Numbered from the whole stretch's first letter, positions 25,467-38,848 are shown. The stretch is DNA of 61,804 bases, filler included, from Basidiobolus ranarum (GCA_040143965.1; 5 parts of 5 records of this genome joined end to end with filler, not necessarily neighbours in it), one strand, 5' to 3'. Notes: a model not told the origin generated them from the letters alone. Program-made: numbers and translations.

Positions 25467-26489
25467 TCAAGCAGTAAGTACACTTAGTTCATGCTGAAAA
25501 TACGCGGGTGGCATTTCCGTCTTGGTTGTTGCATATGTGGGCGGACTATCGAATCGAATTATTTCATATGTTGGCAACTGCTCATACACTATCTCTGAGG
25601 ATGAGGGAGTCGTAGTATGTTGGACAATGCATATTGGAAGCAACGAGCGGATTTGTTGGATTTTTCCATCGATTTCGACATCGATTTTTGTGGAAAGGCT
25701 ATGTGCAACTTGTACGTAAGGTGTAGCTGAGTCGAAATGCACATTTTTACTTGATTTTGGGACCGTTAGCGACAGATGACTTACATCGTGGCCTTCAGAA
25801 GTTTCGCTCCCAGCAGTCTGTAACCATTTTTTGACACAACAGCTTTCGTCCACCGAGCTACCATCGGCATTATAGTAGGTGGTTTTTTCATTTAAACCAG
25901 CCCATACACTGACTATTTTACATCTTGTATCCAAGGGTTGATGTTTGAAAGTGACTGAGAAACTATCGCCAAGGATGTATTCATGACTAGGTATGATAAC
26001 CTCATAGTTGACCATATCTTTCCATGAGTTCTGAATATGGGTGTTGTAGGCGACTGATAAAACGGGGCCATTATTCCTGTGAATAAAGACAGGTTTATCT
26101 GTTCTAATATTGGAAGAAAACATCGGTGTTTCCACTGACGCCTTTAGACTGTATTGGATCTTAGCATAATCAGCAATACAGGTTTCCGGAAGGTCGGATG
26201 GCAAAGGAAGCTCAAAATCGTACGTATAGTTCTGATGTGCGTTGAAAGTAGTGGAACCGACATTTTGGTGCATGGTCCACGTATGTTTAAACAGAGTTTT
26301 ACGTGTAGATTGAAATCCTCTGTTCAACAGCAACTTCCCGCGAAAGCAAAGGGTAATGAACAAAACTTTGACAGGTGTGGATGGCCTAAAGATGACTTTT
26401 CCTTTAAGGACAGAGGCTGAGCTATCTTCCTCGAAGGCACTCTTGTAAAACGTATCCTGATCCAACTGAATTTGAAGTTTCGGACTCAT
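25467..26489 (-). CDS. Alpha-arrestin-like protein with three C-terminal PY motifs
   Basis: 'VLKGKVIF..PVKVLFITLCFRG', 'YTYDFELPLPSDLPET...KIQYSLKASVE'; tail LPTY, PPTY, PPAY; likely ATG at 26489. Confidence 0.88.
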   Translation of the reverse strand: MSPKLQIQLDQDTFYKSAFEEDSSASVLKGKVIFRPSTPVKVLFITLCFRGKLLLNRGFQSTRKTLFKHTWTMHQNVGSTTFNAHQNYTYDFELPLPSDLPETCIADYAKIQYSLKASVETPMFSSNIRTDKPVFIHRNNGPVLSVAYNTHIQNSWKDMVNYEVIIPSHEYILGDSFSVTFKHQPLDTRCKIVSVWAGLNEKTTYYNADGSSVDESCCVKKWLQTAGSETSEGHDVSHLSLTVPKSSKNVHFDSATPYVQVAHSLSTKIDVEIDGKIQQIRSLLPICIVQHTTTPSSSEIVYEQLPTYEIIRFDSPPTYATTKTEMPPAYFQHELSVLTA

Positions 26490-29400
26490 GATAAGTGAAT
26501 TAGCTTTATCTAGTGGGTATTGGATTTCAGAGCCTGATGAGCATTTGGCTAACTGCCCACCCACCAACTTTTATAATCAGCACCAATGTCACAATCACGA
26601 TAAATTATTTCTAATTTAGTAAACTTATTAAGGGTTTTTTGAAGAGCAGATACTCTACCCTTGATCTAGCTCGCAATCAGTGAAGCTGTAGATATGGTTG
26701 CTTGTAGCAGTTTATCCGTATGTCACTGCGATAACACTTCAGATCTTTCTCCACCAATACTTTTTAGCTACTGAACCACGAATCGTCATCTAGAACAGGG
26801 GTTTGGGATCGTATTTGTAGTAATTTGGCTTTAAATAGTGAGTTTGGGGCCTTAATGACATTTTACTCGCTCTTAAGATCAGGTTGGTAGCGAAGAATTT
26901 TCATAATCACCAACTAAAACTTATTTAGGATAGCACGCTAGCAAAGCACATATATGGTTCACTCCTTAGTTGATAAATAGACCAAATTTAGGAACTTGTT
27001 TCTCCTTCCGCTTAAGTCAACTCCGATCTGTCTTTTTCTCTACCACTTTGAGAAACCCAGCTTCCCTATGCGACGATCAGCAACCCTGATATCCACAATC
27101 GAAGCTCGGAGATGTGATGATAATGAGACAGGCAGTTGGTGCGAAATAGTAATGTGGAGCTAATTCGTATCATATATTTGTGCTAGATTGGTCCATATTG
27201 GGTCTCAGCAATCTTGAGGTAGGATCTGTGCAGATATGGACTACTAGCCAGGATTTGGTAAATCGAGTATCCGGATGTTCATGATACCGTCAATACGACA
27301 AGCACAGCAAGAAGATTGTTTATCTTGCAATCGCAACTAGGGATAGCGATGATTGTCGATTAATTGCATCAGTGTGGTGATTGCTCCCTTGATAGTGGTG
27401 TCGTTATGGCGTGTAACATAAATAAAGTATCCGGCTATTGGTGCCAACGGTTATGATATGTCATAAGTAACAATGACCCAGAATTTGACATTCATGCCAA
27501 TCAAAGATATCGCCATATCTGTCGTCAAACCCCAAAATGCAACTGTCAAAATTAAACTTCGGAGTAATTTTCCTGCCATATATATTCAACAATATACAAA
27601 TGATTATTCTGGGCCACTCTGTTGAGTTTGGAGATCCGAATCTACCTAACTCGATCAACAGTCTCGATCTAAATTTAGCAAATAAGGTATCACCCATGTT
27701 GTGAGATTGGTTAGTCTGGATGATTTACTTACTAAACAACTCTTCCGTATGAAACAGTATAATATAAAAGAACCGAATTAGTTTATAATCGTAACCGCAA
27801 TAATTGCATTAACCCATGAAGTGTGCTTAACCAAATGAATATCAGGAATGTGGCATGCTTTTTGTTTGGCGCGTGGCTGCATTGTAGACGCTCATTGAGC
27901 TTGAATATCTAGCCCCAAGCATCGTCTCCGTGCTCTTATAATTCCTGGAAATACCTGTTAATGTTTTGAGGGCACATGGGCTATTTGGTTGCCAATTGTG
28001 ATGTCAGGGGATCTTAGGCTCTTCCAGAAGCCACTCCACAAACATAAACGCACCTTGTTGATTATGTTAACGCCCCATACACAGGAACCAAAGCAAGCAG
28101 TTCAGGCTGGGTATGTTTCCTTGTTTCGAGGGTATCAACCCTTACAAATCCTTGGACTCCTTGCTATAGATGTAAGTATGTCTAAGTAAACTGGAGCGAA
28201 TGCCTTAGTATATTCGATTTCAGCCCTTAGGCCCTCTAAACTCATCACATAGATGTGGGCAATAGTCTCAATCGTCAGTCTACTAACGATGGGGTATCTA
28301 CGATTCGAAATCGGCGGAATAGCGTATGAGAAAATCAAATGTGTTAGTCATAGGGAAGATCTGCTTTCAAAACATCACAGTCATCTAATGGAAAAACTTT
28401 GAAGCCAAGTTCGATGACTTACTTGGCAATCAAGACCTTTGGTTCAAGACAGATACTTGGATTATCAAAAAATTACGAATCAAATTGGACATGTTTAGCA
28501 TGAATTGTCTAGAAACATTGATTCTCGGTCTTCCTCCTTCCCCATATATCACTTCCATCGGTGCTACATTTGGGTTCTTTCTCTATCATATCAGGATCCT
28601 ATATCTCAGGACTAGGCAGTGTATCATGTACCAGAAATGCAAAGATTGTATATCGTAGGTATGAGCTCATCCAGGAATCCTCAATATAGGCTGCTGCACA
28701 GGTTGGCTCTTTGAGAATTGCGAGATTTACAAGCTATATTTGACAGTGATGGACCTCCCCAAGAGGTGTAACAATCCTATTTGGCAGAACTCTGGCGGAG
28801 CTATCGACTTCCAAACATAGCTTGCCAAAAGTTATTCATCTTGGTGCTCATTCTATTGTGCATTCTATTGAATCATCAAGTTTGTTATCAATACATCTGA
28901 AATGACGCTAATCTCTTGTATCTTAAACCGTGTGGTTCAATATTGATTCATTGGCCTCATCTAATGCTCCTCAATAATTCCCATTTTTCTTTCAGATCAC
29001 CGGAGGATATCGTACACCGCAATACCAGGCATATTTCCACATTGTTTTAAAACTTTCTGACTAAGGTATAGTACAAATATTTCTAGATGCCTCTGACTCG
29101 AATTTTTTACAAGGTGAGTAGTATCGCTCTTAAAACTTTGTTGAGGGGTTTTCTGAGAGTATTCAACTGCTCTAGTGAAAGGGATATCTTGTTCAACAAG
29201 AATAGATGCCATTTTAGAGAGACGGATTTTGATTTACTTCAATCAGAGGAACAAGCATAGAAGATGGCTTTATGGCTGGTAAATTTATTCATACACGAAT
29301 ACTCAATAGAAATGAATCAGTGGACTTTAAGCTCAAGGACAACAAATAGATTGACGCAGGTTGTAAATCAAAACCATAGACTTACAATTGATTTGCATAA

Positions 29401-30012
29401 CCCAAATGAGCATGCTTTATCATCTATTCAGTCTCTAATAACTTTGAGATGAGTTCTGATAGTGTCTCAGATTTAAAATCGCCTTGAATGGATGCAATAC
29501 TCATTGGCTATTTCAACGCGGCAACGAACATGTATTCCGTTTCAGACACTGATGCAATCTATTCATATGTTTCATTGAGTTTAAAAATGGAGTTATAAAG
29601 CCGGTATTTACTATAGATAGTGTGCAGAGTTATGCAGAATTTGGCATAGTCTAGATACCGATACATAAAGCACCAATATAGCCTCAAAATACAGAACCAA
29701 GCTTTTCATGTCTTGCATATTGTATAGTTGGTGCTAATACATCAAATGTCAAATTTCAACGGTTCAATATTTCTCTTGCAGCTATTTGATACCTGTAGCA
29801 TAACCGTCTAGCAAATCTTTGCAATATCCAGGACTCGTATTAGTCTAGAACTACTTTTCTGTTATCTTCTACTTAAATAGGTCTAGGACTCTGCACTCAG
29901 TTGTTTCTTTGGTTAAGAAAAGTTCAAGACTTTTTATTACTATGCTCTTAGATGTAACAATAACTGTTATCCACAACCATCCAGTATCTTCTAATAAATA
30001 TATTGCTGTAGC

Positions 30013-30360
30013 TGTTAAAGTATTTGGGAGCCTGTTAGAAGTGGTTTGGAGAATTAAAAAAATCGGTGGTTTTAACTTATGGATTTATTGAGTTGAAAAT
30101 TTACATTTATAGTCTTGTCAAGCTGTAAGCAAACTAACGTGTAGAATGTGTTTAGAAAGGTCCCAGAAGCATGTGTGCAAAGTTTGGGGCTTCTAGCACA
30201 AGCTTGAAAAATATATATATCTGAGAACTTCTAGGTTGGTAAAAATATTCAGAGTAAATTCCTTATGAGAATAATGGGTAATATCTTAGTGAAATATTAG
30301 ATAACTAAGTGGTAAGCTATATATGACTATATAGGTGCTTAGGCAATGCTAACTTCAACA
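30013..30360 (-). mobile_element. Solo LTR (348 bp) with 5-bp TSD GTAGC
   Basis: TGTTAAAG...CTTCAACA termini; GTAGC at both 30008-30012 and 30361-30365; homologous to five other copies. Confidence 0.92.
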
Positions 30361-31380
30361 GTAGCTAGCAGTATAACAGGCACGGATGCTCCTAATGCCT
30401 ACTCTGTTTTATAAGTGAAAGTTATATTTGCTTCCCAGAATCTGTCTTGTTGGTGAATGCAAAACAATTTCATTATTCTTTAAAACTCAAACCATTTTGC
30501 TGTTATTGAGCATTAAAGTAATATTATAAATTTCACTTATCCTTCAAGATAGCCATAAGTACTTATGGATATAAAACTTGGTAAGCAGGCTAATTGCTAG
30601 ATACATAATTAAGTTGTCCTAAAATACATATAAATTTCAAATGCCTTTGGAGAATGTGCTTATTCTTATATGTACACTAGTACTCATAGCTGATCATTTT
30701 TTGTGCATGCATTTTTCAATCAACAATAACTATAAATTCACTCCATGATCCAAGTTAACCTTTGTCACGTAGCCTAATTGAAGCCTAACCAACAGTTAGC
30801 CCGAGTAATAGTTTTTGATATTATGAAGGCAATCCCACTACCCCTTAGTGATGATATATATACTTGTATGTATTATAGTTAGTGAATCAGTTTTGAGCTT
30901 AGTATTATTTGTGCTGAAATTGCGGATTGTTGGGTATATTTGTTGTATGCGATTCAAATTTTCACCATGACAGTTTTGGTCACTGGCAATGCATGTTTCA
31001 TACAAATATTGTTTGATAATCCCTCGGAATTATTCAGATTTGGATGGTTATCTATGAAATCAGCCAAATATATCAAATGCTTTAATATCCACAAGTATTG
31101 CATGATTTGTAAAAGTAAAGAAAAGATATTTGTCATTATTCTATGCATTGAAGTTGACTTTTAAAGCAATTTCTTCCACCAAAATGCTTATGATTTCATA
31201 AGTGAGGCTGGAAAAATGTATTGATCATAAATAGAAACTACAGAAGACATGTTGTTTTTGACTTTTAGTACCAAATATTCATATTGAAATGGAGTCTATT
31301 TAAGAGGTTGTGTTGGGCAGCTTGACAGATTGTTTTGAATGTGATGCTAATGAAAAGTTCTAGAGCAAAATACTTGAAAT

Positions 31381-31701
31381 TGTTGAAATTAGCATTGCCT
31401 AAACACCTATATAGTCATATATAGCTTAGTATTTAGTTATCCTATATTGAATTAAGATATCACCTCAAGAGGAATTTACTTAGAAGTTCTCAGATATATG
31501 GATTTTGATAACTTGTGCTGGAAATCCCAAACTTTGCACGCATGTTCCTGGAATATTCTTAACACATTCTACAGGTTAGTATGTTTACATCTTGACAAAA
31601 CTATAAGTGTTAACTTTCTATTCAATAAATCAACAAGTGAAAACCACCAATTTATCTAATTCTCCAAACCACTTCCAGCAGGCTCCCAAGATACTTTAAC
31701 A
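31381..31701 (+). mobile_element. Solo LTR (321 bp, internal deletions) with 5-bp TSD GAAAT
   Basis: TGTTGAAA...CTTTAACA termini; GAAAT at both 31376-31380 and 31702-31706. Confidence 0.92.
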
Positions 31702-32417
31702 GAAATTAGGTTCAAAAGATACGTGTTTCAATGGAAGCAATTGGAATGCATCGATGCTGCAATATCTGCCAACAAGAAAGTAACTGAGTCACTCACAGAA
31801 ACCAATGTCCCAAGATAAATGCGGACAGGGATTTGTTGGCTATGTCCACCAAGTATCCTATACCTGTGGATCTCATTGTCACTCAAATGGTGTGAACCTC
31901 GCTATACGTTGAGAAAGTGATTGAAAAGCCATACTTGGCAGTCACCCAAAATACCTGTAAGGTAGATAGACAAGGCTAGTATTCGCTAGAGTTGTAACTT
32001 CAAGGTATAGGATAAGCTATATTTTCTGAGGCAGGAATTAACAGAAAACAGTATCAATTCATGGTTTTTGGATCATGGTAGTACACGCGACATCATGAAA
32101 GATCACTGTTGATGAGGATAAACTAAAACTATTCAACGGGTGTAGATCATCCCATCCGCGCAATGCCTCATCTAAGCATTCTTGGAGATCTTCGGTAGAA
32201 CGAGATGTCCACTATACATCAACAGACACAAAATAGACTAGCTAATGGTCCAAAAAACCCAATGCACCTCTTTCTCATTATGGAGGAATGCATAGGGAGA
32301 TGGCGTTCCCAGTGTATCTGGCGGTTTCCAAATCGACGAGAGCTATACGAACAAATATATATCGGCATTGGTCATCTTTTGTAAATGTATCAGAGGTTTA
32401 TTATGATGATATGCAAA

Positions 32418-33621
32418 CTAGAGATGATAATAGTCAGATGTTTCCTCATCTACATCCTCATCATCGTCCCAATCTTCGTCCTCGTCATCTGTATCTCTAG
32501 GCCGTGATTGACTTGGGTTGATAATTAAGAGTTAGATATTGCACAAAGTGATGTTGTCAAATGTAAAGGCTAAATACTTACATTCTCCATTGTTGTAATG
32601 CTGCACGGAGAAATGCATATTCTTTACTTTGAATATCGTCTAAAAAGCATGTTAGCTAATATACATGGCTTATATGGTCGCTCGAGGATGTAGTTACCCT
32701 GCGAGATCTCCAACTCAGCGCCGTAAGTTTCTTTCAAGAACTCCCAAGTACTTGGAGAGACCAAAAATGCTTCATCCCACAAAATCAGCTGTGGATCAAC
32801 CTTACCATTGATTAGTAGAGGCGCATTATCAATTTTCCCAGGTATTTCTTCATTCCCTAGTAAAAAACCACGCCATCTACTGATCCACTCTCCGTTAACA
32901 AAGTATATAAAGTCATCGTATTGACACAGTACGATTTCTCTTTCCCGTTGTCTTCGCCGATTCAAAGCAACTTGGTGAGAATTCTTGTGGAATGGTAACA
33001 AAGATTCGGTGAGCTCTTCTACCATACGATATTCTGCCAGGCTACAACCAACAATACCGATCCATTTCTCACAACAATAACACCAAATCTCGAGCGTATT
33101 TAGTTTTAATGTCAACTCATGTCCAAACTCTTTCCAGTGTTCTTCGGCATGACCTTGTTTAAGTCTTCCACAGCCTAATATAGAACATAGAGTTGAAGCA
33201 TTTCTCACAAAGTATTTAGATTGTACAAGTGTTTGGACCAACCTACATAATTACAACCAGGTTTCATACACATCCACAGGTCGGGTAGTTCTACAAGACA
33301 AGTATTTCCCTCACATCTTAGAGGCTCGGTATTTTGCATATTCTTGAAGGAGTTTATAAATATTTCTTGTTGTTGTTTTGGTTGTACTACGTTTAAATGC
33401 CAGCAAACACGTTCACATCCTTCTAGAAACATTTTTCGCCAACTCCATTCTTTTGGTTTGAAGTTGATACTACGTTCAACGAAACAAAGATTCTCCCATA
33501 GTTTCTGGTGTCTACTAGCTTCACGTAAACGTTTATTTACTTGTAAACAAAAGTAAAGTGAAACGGAGGGTAGATGACTAAGAATTAAATGAAGTATTTC
33601 GTCTGGAAATTTATCTAACAT
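32418..33621 (-). CDS. F-box / ZnF-UBP / DUSP protein with acidic C-terminal tail (exons 33621-33243, 33174-32698, 32639-32582, 32511-32418)
   Basis: F-box 'LDKFPDEILHLILSHLPSVSL..CLQVNKRLRE'; ZnF-UBP 'CWHL...CEGNTC...LWMCMKPGCNYV|GCGRLKQGHAEEHW...H...IWCYCCEKWI'; DUSP 'YFVNGEWISRWRGFL...PGKIDNAPLL...LVSPSTWEFLKETYG'; all three introns are GT-AG and frame-consistent. Confidence 0.85.
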
Positions 33622-34814
33622 ATTTCCTTCTTTTTCTTTTTAATAGAAAGGAAGAGAGTCAAGACAACATTTGAAATTTCCCACCTGAATTTCATCTTTT
33701 TTTATCCAAATAGTTGAATAGTCTAACTGGTGATTAGTTTACATATAAAATCCGTTCGAATTTCTAGTTTGGTAAATTTAAAACATACTCATTTCATCCA
33801 ATTAGAGTGATCCATTGAAAACTATCCTGCTCAACTATACCATATCACTCTGATCCACCTTTCACCTTCCAGATTACATTGAACTTGTTCCATCGGGCCA
33901 GGGGTTATCGGGCCTTGGCTCAATATTCTAGAGGAATTGAGATTGAAATTGATTGTGCCAAATTGTGCGGCATAATTTTTAGAATACTCTATCCAATATT
34001 CTATATACAGTACAATCCGGCACTATGGAGGGGAACAAGTCCATTGGTTTCTAAAGAGTTTATTACGTGGAGCAACGTGGAGCAAATGTGAGCGATTTGA
34101 AAACCATGGTTTCTATACTTGAATAACAAGAGATCGGATGATATGTCAGGAAAAACGATTGTTTCTTGAATGAAAATAGATAGTATGATAAGAACAGAAA
34201 TTTCTAGTGTTTGGCATATTGAAGTAGATTTAAGGATCTTCTGATGTACCCGAAATGTAAGGATGGAAATCTGAGAACAATATGTACCCAAAATGAGGCA
34301 ATATAAACTATGCAACAAAGAGTGGTGAAATAAAGTAAACAAACCTATTTTTATTTCATGTATATTTGCAAGATGCCTAAACAATGGTGTTTCACAAGGG
34401 AACTCAGTAATGTGTATTATGATGGATTTTTAACTGGAAACCTAGGAGACTGATATACTTCGACGGGTTCCACTTGGATGCGCTCTCACTGGGTATTTTC
34501 GTGATCACCGTGGTTGAACATCTGAACATTATGTAGAGCCTATAATCCATTAAAGCCCGCTCTTACTTTTCCCATCGATTTCCTGCTAAACAAAGTAGAA
34601 GAGATGATCGATTATTTGAATGATGGGAATTTATTAAATGTATATGAGTAATCGCCACTACTTGGTAACTAAAGAAACATTTAAAAAGAAATTCCCGTTT
34701 GAGATGTCAAGATTTGCCATTCGAACAAAATTATGAAGTTAATGGTTGATAAGTTAAGAAGAAAAAACTTTCCGATAGAATTAGCAATAAATATAGATAT
34801 GTTTGATCGATAAG

Positions 34815-35462
34815 TTAGATCTGAAGTGCCAAGCCTGCTGCGACAATAGCAAACGAAAAAATAGCACCAGGCTGCACCAAGGAACCAAAGTTGGGAGTGA
34901 TGCTTGGAGAAGCCATGACAACAGACTTGGAAGGAACCTTAGTAGCGCTTACTGACTTACCACTGGATATAGCAGTGCTATTTGAGGAGGATGGTGAAGA
35001 AATAGGAGTGCCCGTGTCTGCTGAGGATACACCAGAGGGTTTGGAGATGGAAGTACCTGAAGTAGCTTTCGAGCCGATCGATCCAACTGAGGATCCAACG
35101 GAAGACCCAGCTGAAGCAGACGTACGAGAGGCAGAAACAGAACTGGCAGGAGTAGCAGAAGTAGCAGGAGCGGCCACAGTAGGAGCGTCACTGGAATCGG
35201 TAGAGTCCCCATCGGAGGTATCATCAGAAGAATTAGCAATAGAAGCATCAGAAGAATCATCAGTGGTATCATCTCCAGTATCCGTGGTATCATCTCCAGA
35301 TGGATCAGAATCGGAAGTATCATCTACTGAAGAGACATTGGAATCGCCGTTATCAGCTGAGAGACCGTTTGCAACATCACTTACATCATCACTAGTTGGG
35401 GTTCCTTGGGCTAAAACGTAGCCAACACAAACCAAAGCAAAGAGAGGAGTGAAGAATTTCAT
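34815..35462 (-). CDS. Secreted Asp/Ser/Thr-rich, probably GPI-anchored cell-surface protein
   Basis: Signal peptide MKFFTPLFALVCVGYVLA, D/S/T low-complexity body, C-terminal hydrophobic GPI-like signal. Confidence 0.8.
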   Translation of the reverse strand: MKFFTPLFALVCVGYVLAQGTPTSDDVSDVANGLSADNGDSNVSSVDDTSDSDPSGDDTTDTGDDTTDDSSDASIANSSDDTSDGDSTDSSDAPTVAAPATSATPASSVSASRTSASAGSSVGSSVGSIGSKATSGTSISKPSGVSSADTGTPISSPSSSNSTAISSGKSVSATKVPSKSVVMASPSITPNFGSLVQPGAIFSFAIVAAGLALQI

Positions 35463-37094
35463 GATGCTGAAAAGATAGAAAACTAATGCAGGCTTATTGA
35501 ATTCAATCAGCGATTTTACCCATTTATATAGTTCCTCCACTAGTTGAATATTTGAATAGAAAAGCTGTGGAGGTCTTGTTCAGTATGGCAGCTAGAGTCT
35601 AATAAATTTCAGTGAAACGGTAATAACTGAGATAGCCAATCTATCTCATTCAAATGAGTTTTGCCAATATATCAATTTACGGAGTTGAGATATCTGTCTT
35701 TCCGCGTCGTATATCCATTGACAAGGGGCTACATTTCTAATGATTAATGTTTCTGAGTTGTGAGACTTTCAGCTATGACCCATCAAAGAAGGCAGTTTGG
35801 GCTAATATTAGATAAGAAAGTAGAAGTTCACTAGTTGAGGGGGCCAAACCCAAGGGTTAAGAGGGATGTTGCTCAAAAGCACGCGAGGGAATCCTTGGCG
35901 ATTTTTCAAGTCACAATTAGACAAAATAAGGAATAAGACTCACAGTCGTTGAAAGAGATAGTGTAACTCATCTATTTTTAGTGTTCATCCACTTGCCTAT
36001 AATTGGTAATCAACAATGGAGTATTAGTTGTGTTATGCCAATGCACCTGAGCTGATTTAAGTATTTGGCTAGGAATCTCAATCTGTTGATAGCTCGTTGA
36101 ATGCTCTATTCAAAAAGGTTTAGTTCCTTCGTGAAATGATAATAACTGAAGGTGAAATATTGCCTCGTTCGTATTGACTTCTCTTTGTAACCAGTGCAGA
36201 ATGACGTTCTATCAAGAGCGCTTTGTATGGAGAATCTTTGTCATGGTAAATTCCAATAAGAATAGCCGCTTACCGGATATGGCAGTTTCGTCATGAACTA
36301 AATCTACCTGTAAGTATATTCACTTGTATTTCCTAGAACATATTTGCTGTGTAAAAGAAGGGAGTGGTTACATAAGGGTTCTTAATAGGTATCCCCCGAA
36401 TCAGTAGATCGAGTATCGTTCTAAATTAATGTTGCACCATATTTTAGGCTGAAATTGCATATGTGGAAGCTGCATAATACAGTGGTGGTCGAATTGTTTT
36501 AGGAGACGGGTCTTTCCTATATGTCATGTGAGATTTAGAGAGTATGCATAACATAACGAAACTAAACTAGGCTTCAGTAGCCTGACTCATATTATATTCA
36601 GCAATCGAACGGGATAGTTCCTACAAGTAAGGGTTAGAAGAATACTTCGTCCGTTTACTCTGGTCGACCTGTTTATGACGCCATGGAAAAAACAATATGT
36701 GCTACAAGAGAGTGGGCTGAATATAACGGCAACATATGTAACTGTTGTCAGGCTATGGTTCGGGAGATTTCCTTATCGAATAAATCTATTTTTACCTGCC
36801 AGTCAGTACCGACGCCATGATAGCAATCCATCTCTATCTACGCTCTACAGTCATAGAGCCTAGTATTTTTTAATGCTTGAGATGCGTTTTCTTGATGTTC
36901 GTGACTAAGCCGAGTGCTGGATATTCTGGATCAAACGAATTCTAATACATGGATCATGATGATGGTTCATCAAACCAAGCTAAAGAGTGTGTTAAGCACC
37001 TTGATTCCCAAAGCATCGCAGGTAAGTTTATGCTGATCTTGGTTGCTCATTGTTCAGGTGTAAGTATAAGATCATCAATGTCACATAACGCTAC

Positions 37095-37194
37095 NNNNNN
37101 NNNNNNNNNNNNNNNNNNNNNNNNNNNNNNNNNNNNNNTTAATTAATTAANNNNNNNNNNNNNNNNNNNNNNNNNNNNNNNNNNNNNNNNNNNN
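37095..37194. other. Artificial contig linker
   Basis: N44-TTAATTAATTAA-N44. Confidence 0.99.
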
Positions 37195-37474
37195 ATGTCA
37201 ACCAAGGGAATCTTTACAAACTCATCGTAAAGCTTAACTGTTACAGGAGGTGGACCAACTAGATCCGGTTCGCTGGTAGTGTACACCCCGATATCAATGA
37301 AATCACCAGCATTATAGACAGGACGTAACGATAGATAATCAAACTCGATACCAGCTAAAATCAAATAACAAGCACTGTTAGCATGATCCCGGAAAACAGA
37401 TACAAGTTCATCGCTGACTACTTACCGAGTACGTTACAGGCACACAACAGAAGTAGAAAACTTTTCTTCAACAT
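37195..37474 (-). CDS. 5' part of a secreted protein, truncated by contig edge
   Basis: MLKKSFLLLLCACNVL|AGIEFDYLSLRPVYNAGDFIDIGV... with a GTAAGT...TTTAG intron. Confidence 0.6.
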
Positions 37475-38848
37475 TCTTCGGGGAGGTTTTCAAAAAGGCG
37501 TGAAATAACTAAAAGAACAATGTATAAAATCTCAATAATGCTAGTCAATGCTACTACCCCCATACTTTATAAGATTATGAAGGGCGTATGATGAGGAGTC
37601 TAGACTAAAAACTTCATTTAATCCATCACGTCCAGACTTAACAATCATCAATACGAGAAATAAAGTTTGCGTAACACCATATTTGAGTACGAATAAAATT
37701 AAGCCTACAATGTACCAAACATTCTAATTCAGAAGCATGGTCACCATACCAGACTGCTAATAATCAATCTATAAATATATACTAACCGGAACGTCTGAAC
37801 GATTATTTAATGTGTACAATGAACCTGTGACGGAATAAGCAACTAAGCAAGGATACATATGCATCACCAGGAAACAAAGAGGGCACCTTGACAGTGAATA
37901 GAAAAATGAATATTCTTGTTTGTTGAAACCACTGTCTAAATACGTCTTGCAGATAGACAGGATGTGCCGTTTAATTGGGGGATCCACTACGCCCTGCTGT
38001 AGCAACAGTTTTAGAGCCCGTAGAGTAATCCTTGCGAGGCTACAATTCTAACATATATAACATGGAAGATCATTAGTACTGTTTTAGGTAATCAGGGCTT
38101 GAAATAGAAACGTCGACAACAGTTTGGCTGGATCTGGACTTGCGCTCCCCATTATCAATTGGTACAGTCAATCCAAATATGGAGAAATGACAACTGATAA
38201 TTATGATTTAATGTACATGGCATTAATCACATTTCCAAGCATTTCACTTTTCCATAAGCAACTAGTTACCCGCCATTGGACTTTTGCTCGCCCTAAACAA
38301 TAATTAGCACCATATGCCATTTAAAAGCAACTTTAGCTTAATTCAGATCATAGTATACTAATTAGTGGGCGTTGCTTAGGGCTATGCCCTTGTATTCGGG
38401 CTCCACTTGAACTCAGCGAGTACAAATATCCATTAATTATTGATATGAGCAGTGTTACGAATCATCCTACCTCCACGTGATGGGCAGCGCAGCTGTATTC
38501 TTATCTTCTGTAGTGTCTATTTAGTCTGCTCCACTACAAAAATTATGTGTTAGCATTGACTATACTAGAATTTATGTTCAGTGGTGTATCCCTTGCCCTT
38601 GGTGTTCTCCATCAATATGATAGATTCATTATAAACATAAATAGTTAGGGCTCAAATTTATTCAAGGCCTCATGATTGAAATGTAGCTATTTGGTAGTCA
38701 TCGCCAAGATATTTTTTTTGGAGCGTCGGACCAATTGGCAAGTACAAATGAGCATATACACATTGCGATTTGACAGTATCTGAGAAGGAAGATTGCGGTC
38801 ACAATCATCAAACAACAGATCCAAAGATTTAAATATACTGATGATTAT

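Noticed and set aside
26900-29900. Scattered 60-80 aa ORFs in a gene-poor tract
   Set aside because: No recognisable motifs or consistent splice structure. It may be decayed repeat DNA, but I cannot assign it by eye.
30013-31701. A single 1.7-kb MITE/foldback element with ~350-bp TIRs
   Set aside because: There is no shared TSD outside the pair, and each arm has its own TG...CA ends and its own 5-bp TSD, so they are two solo LTRs.
34891-35421. Long antisense or alternative-frame ORFs over the GPI protein; similar shadow ORFs over ATP4, MIR1, RPS13 and the PHD gene
   Set aside because: They are explained by low complexity and codon bias of the real gene on the other strand or frame.
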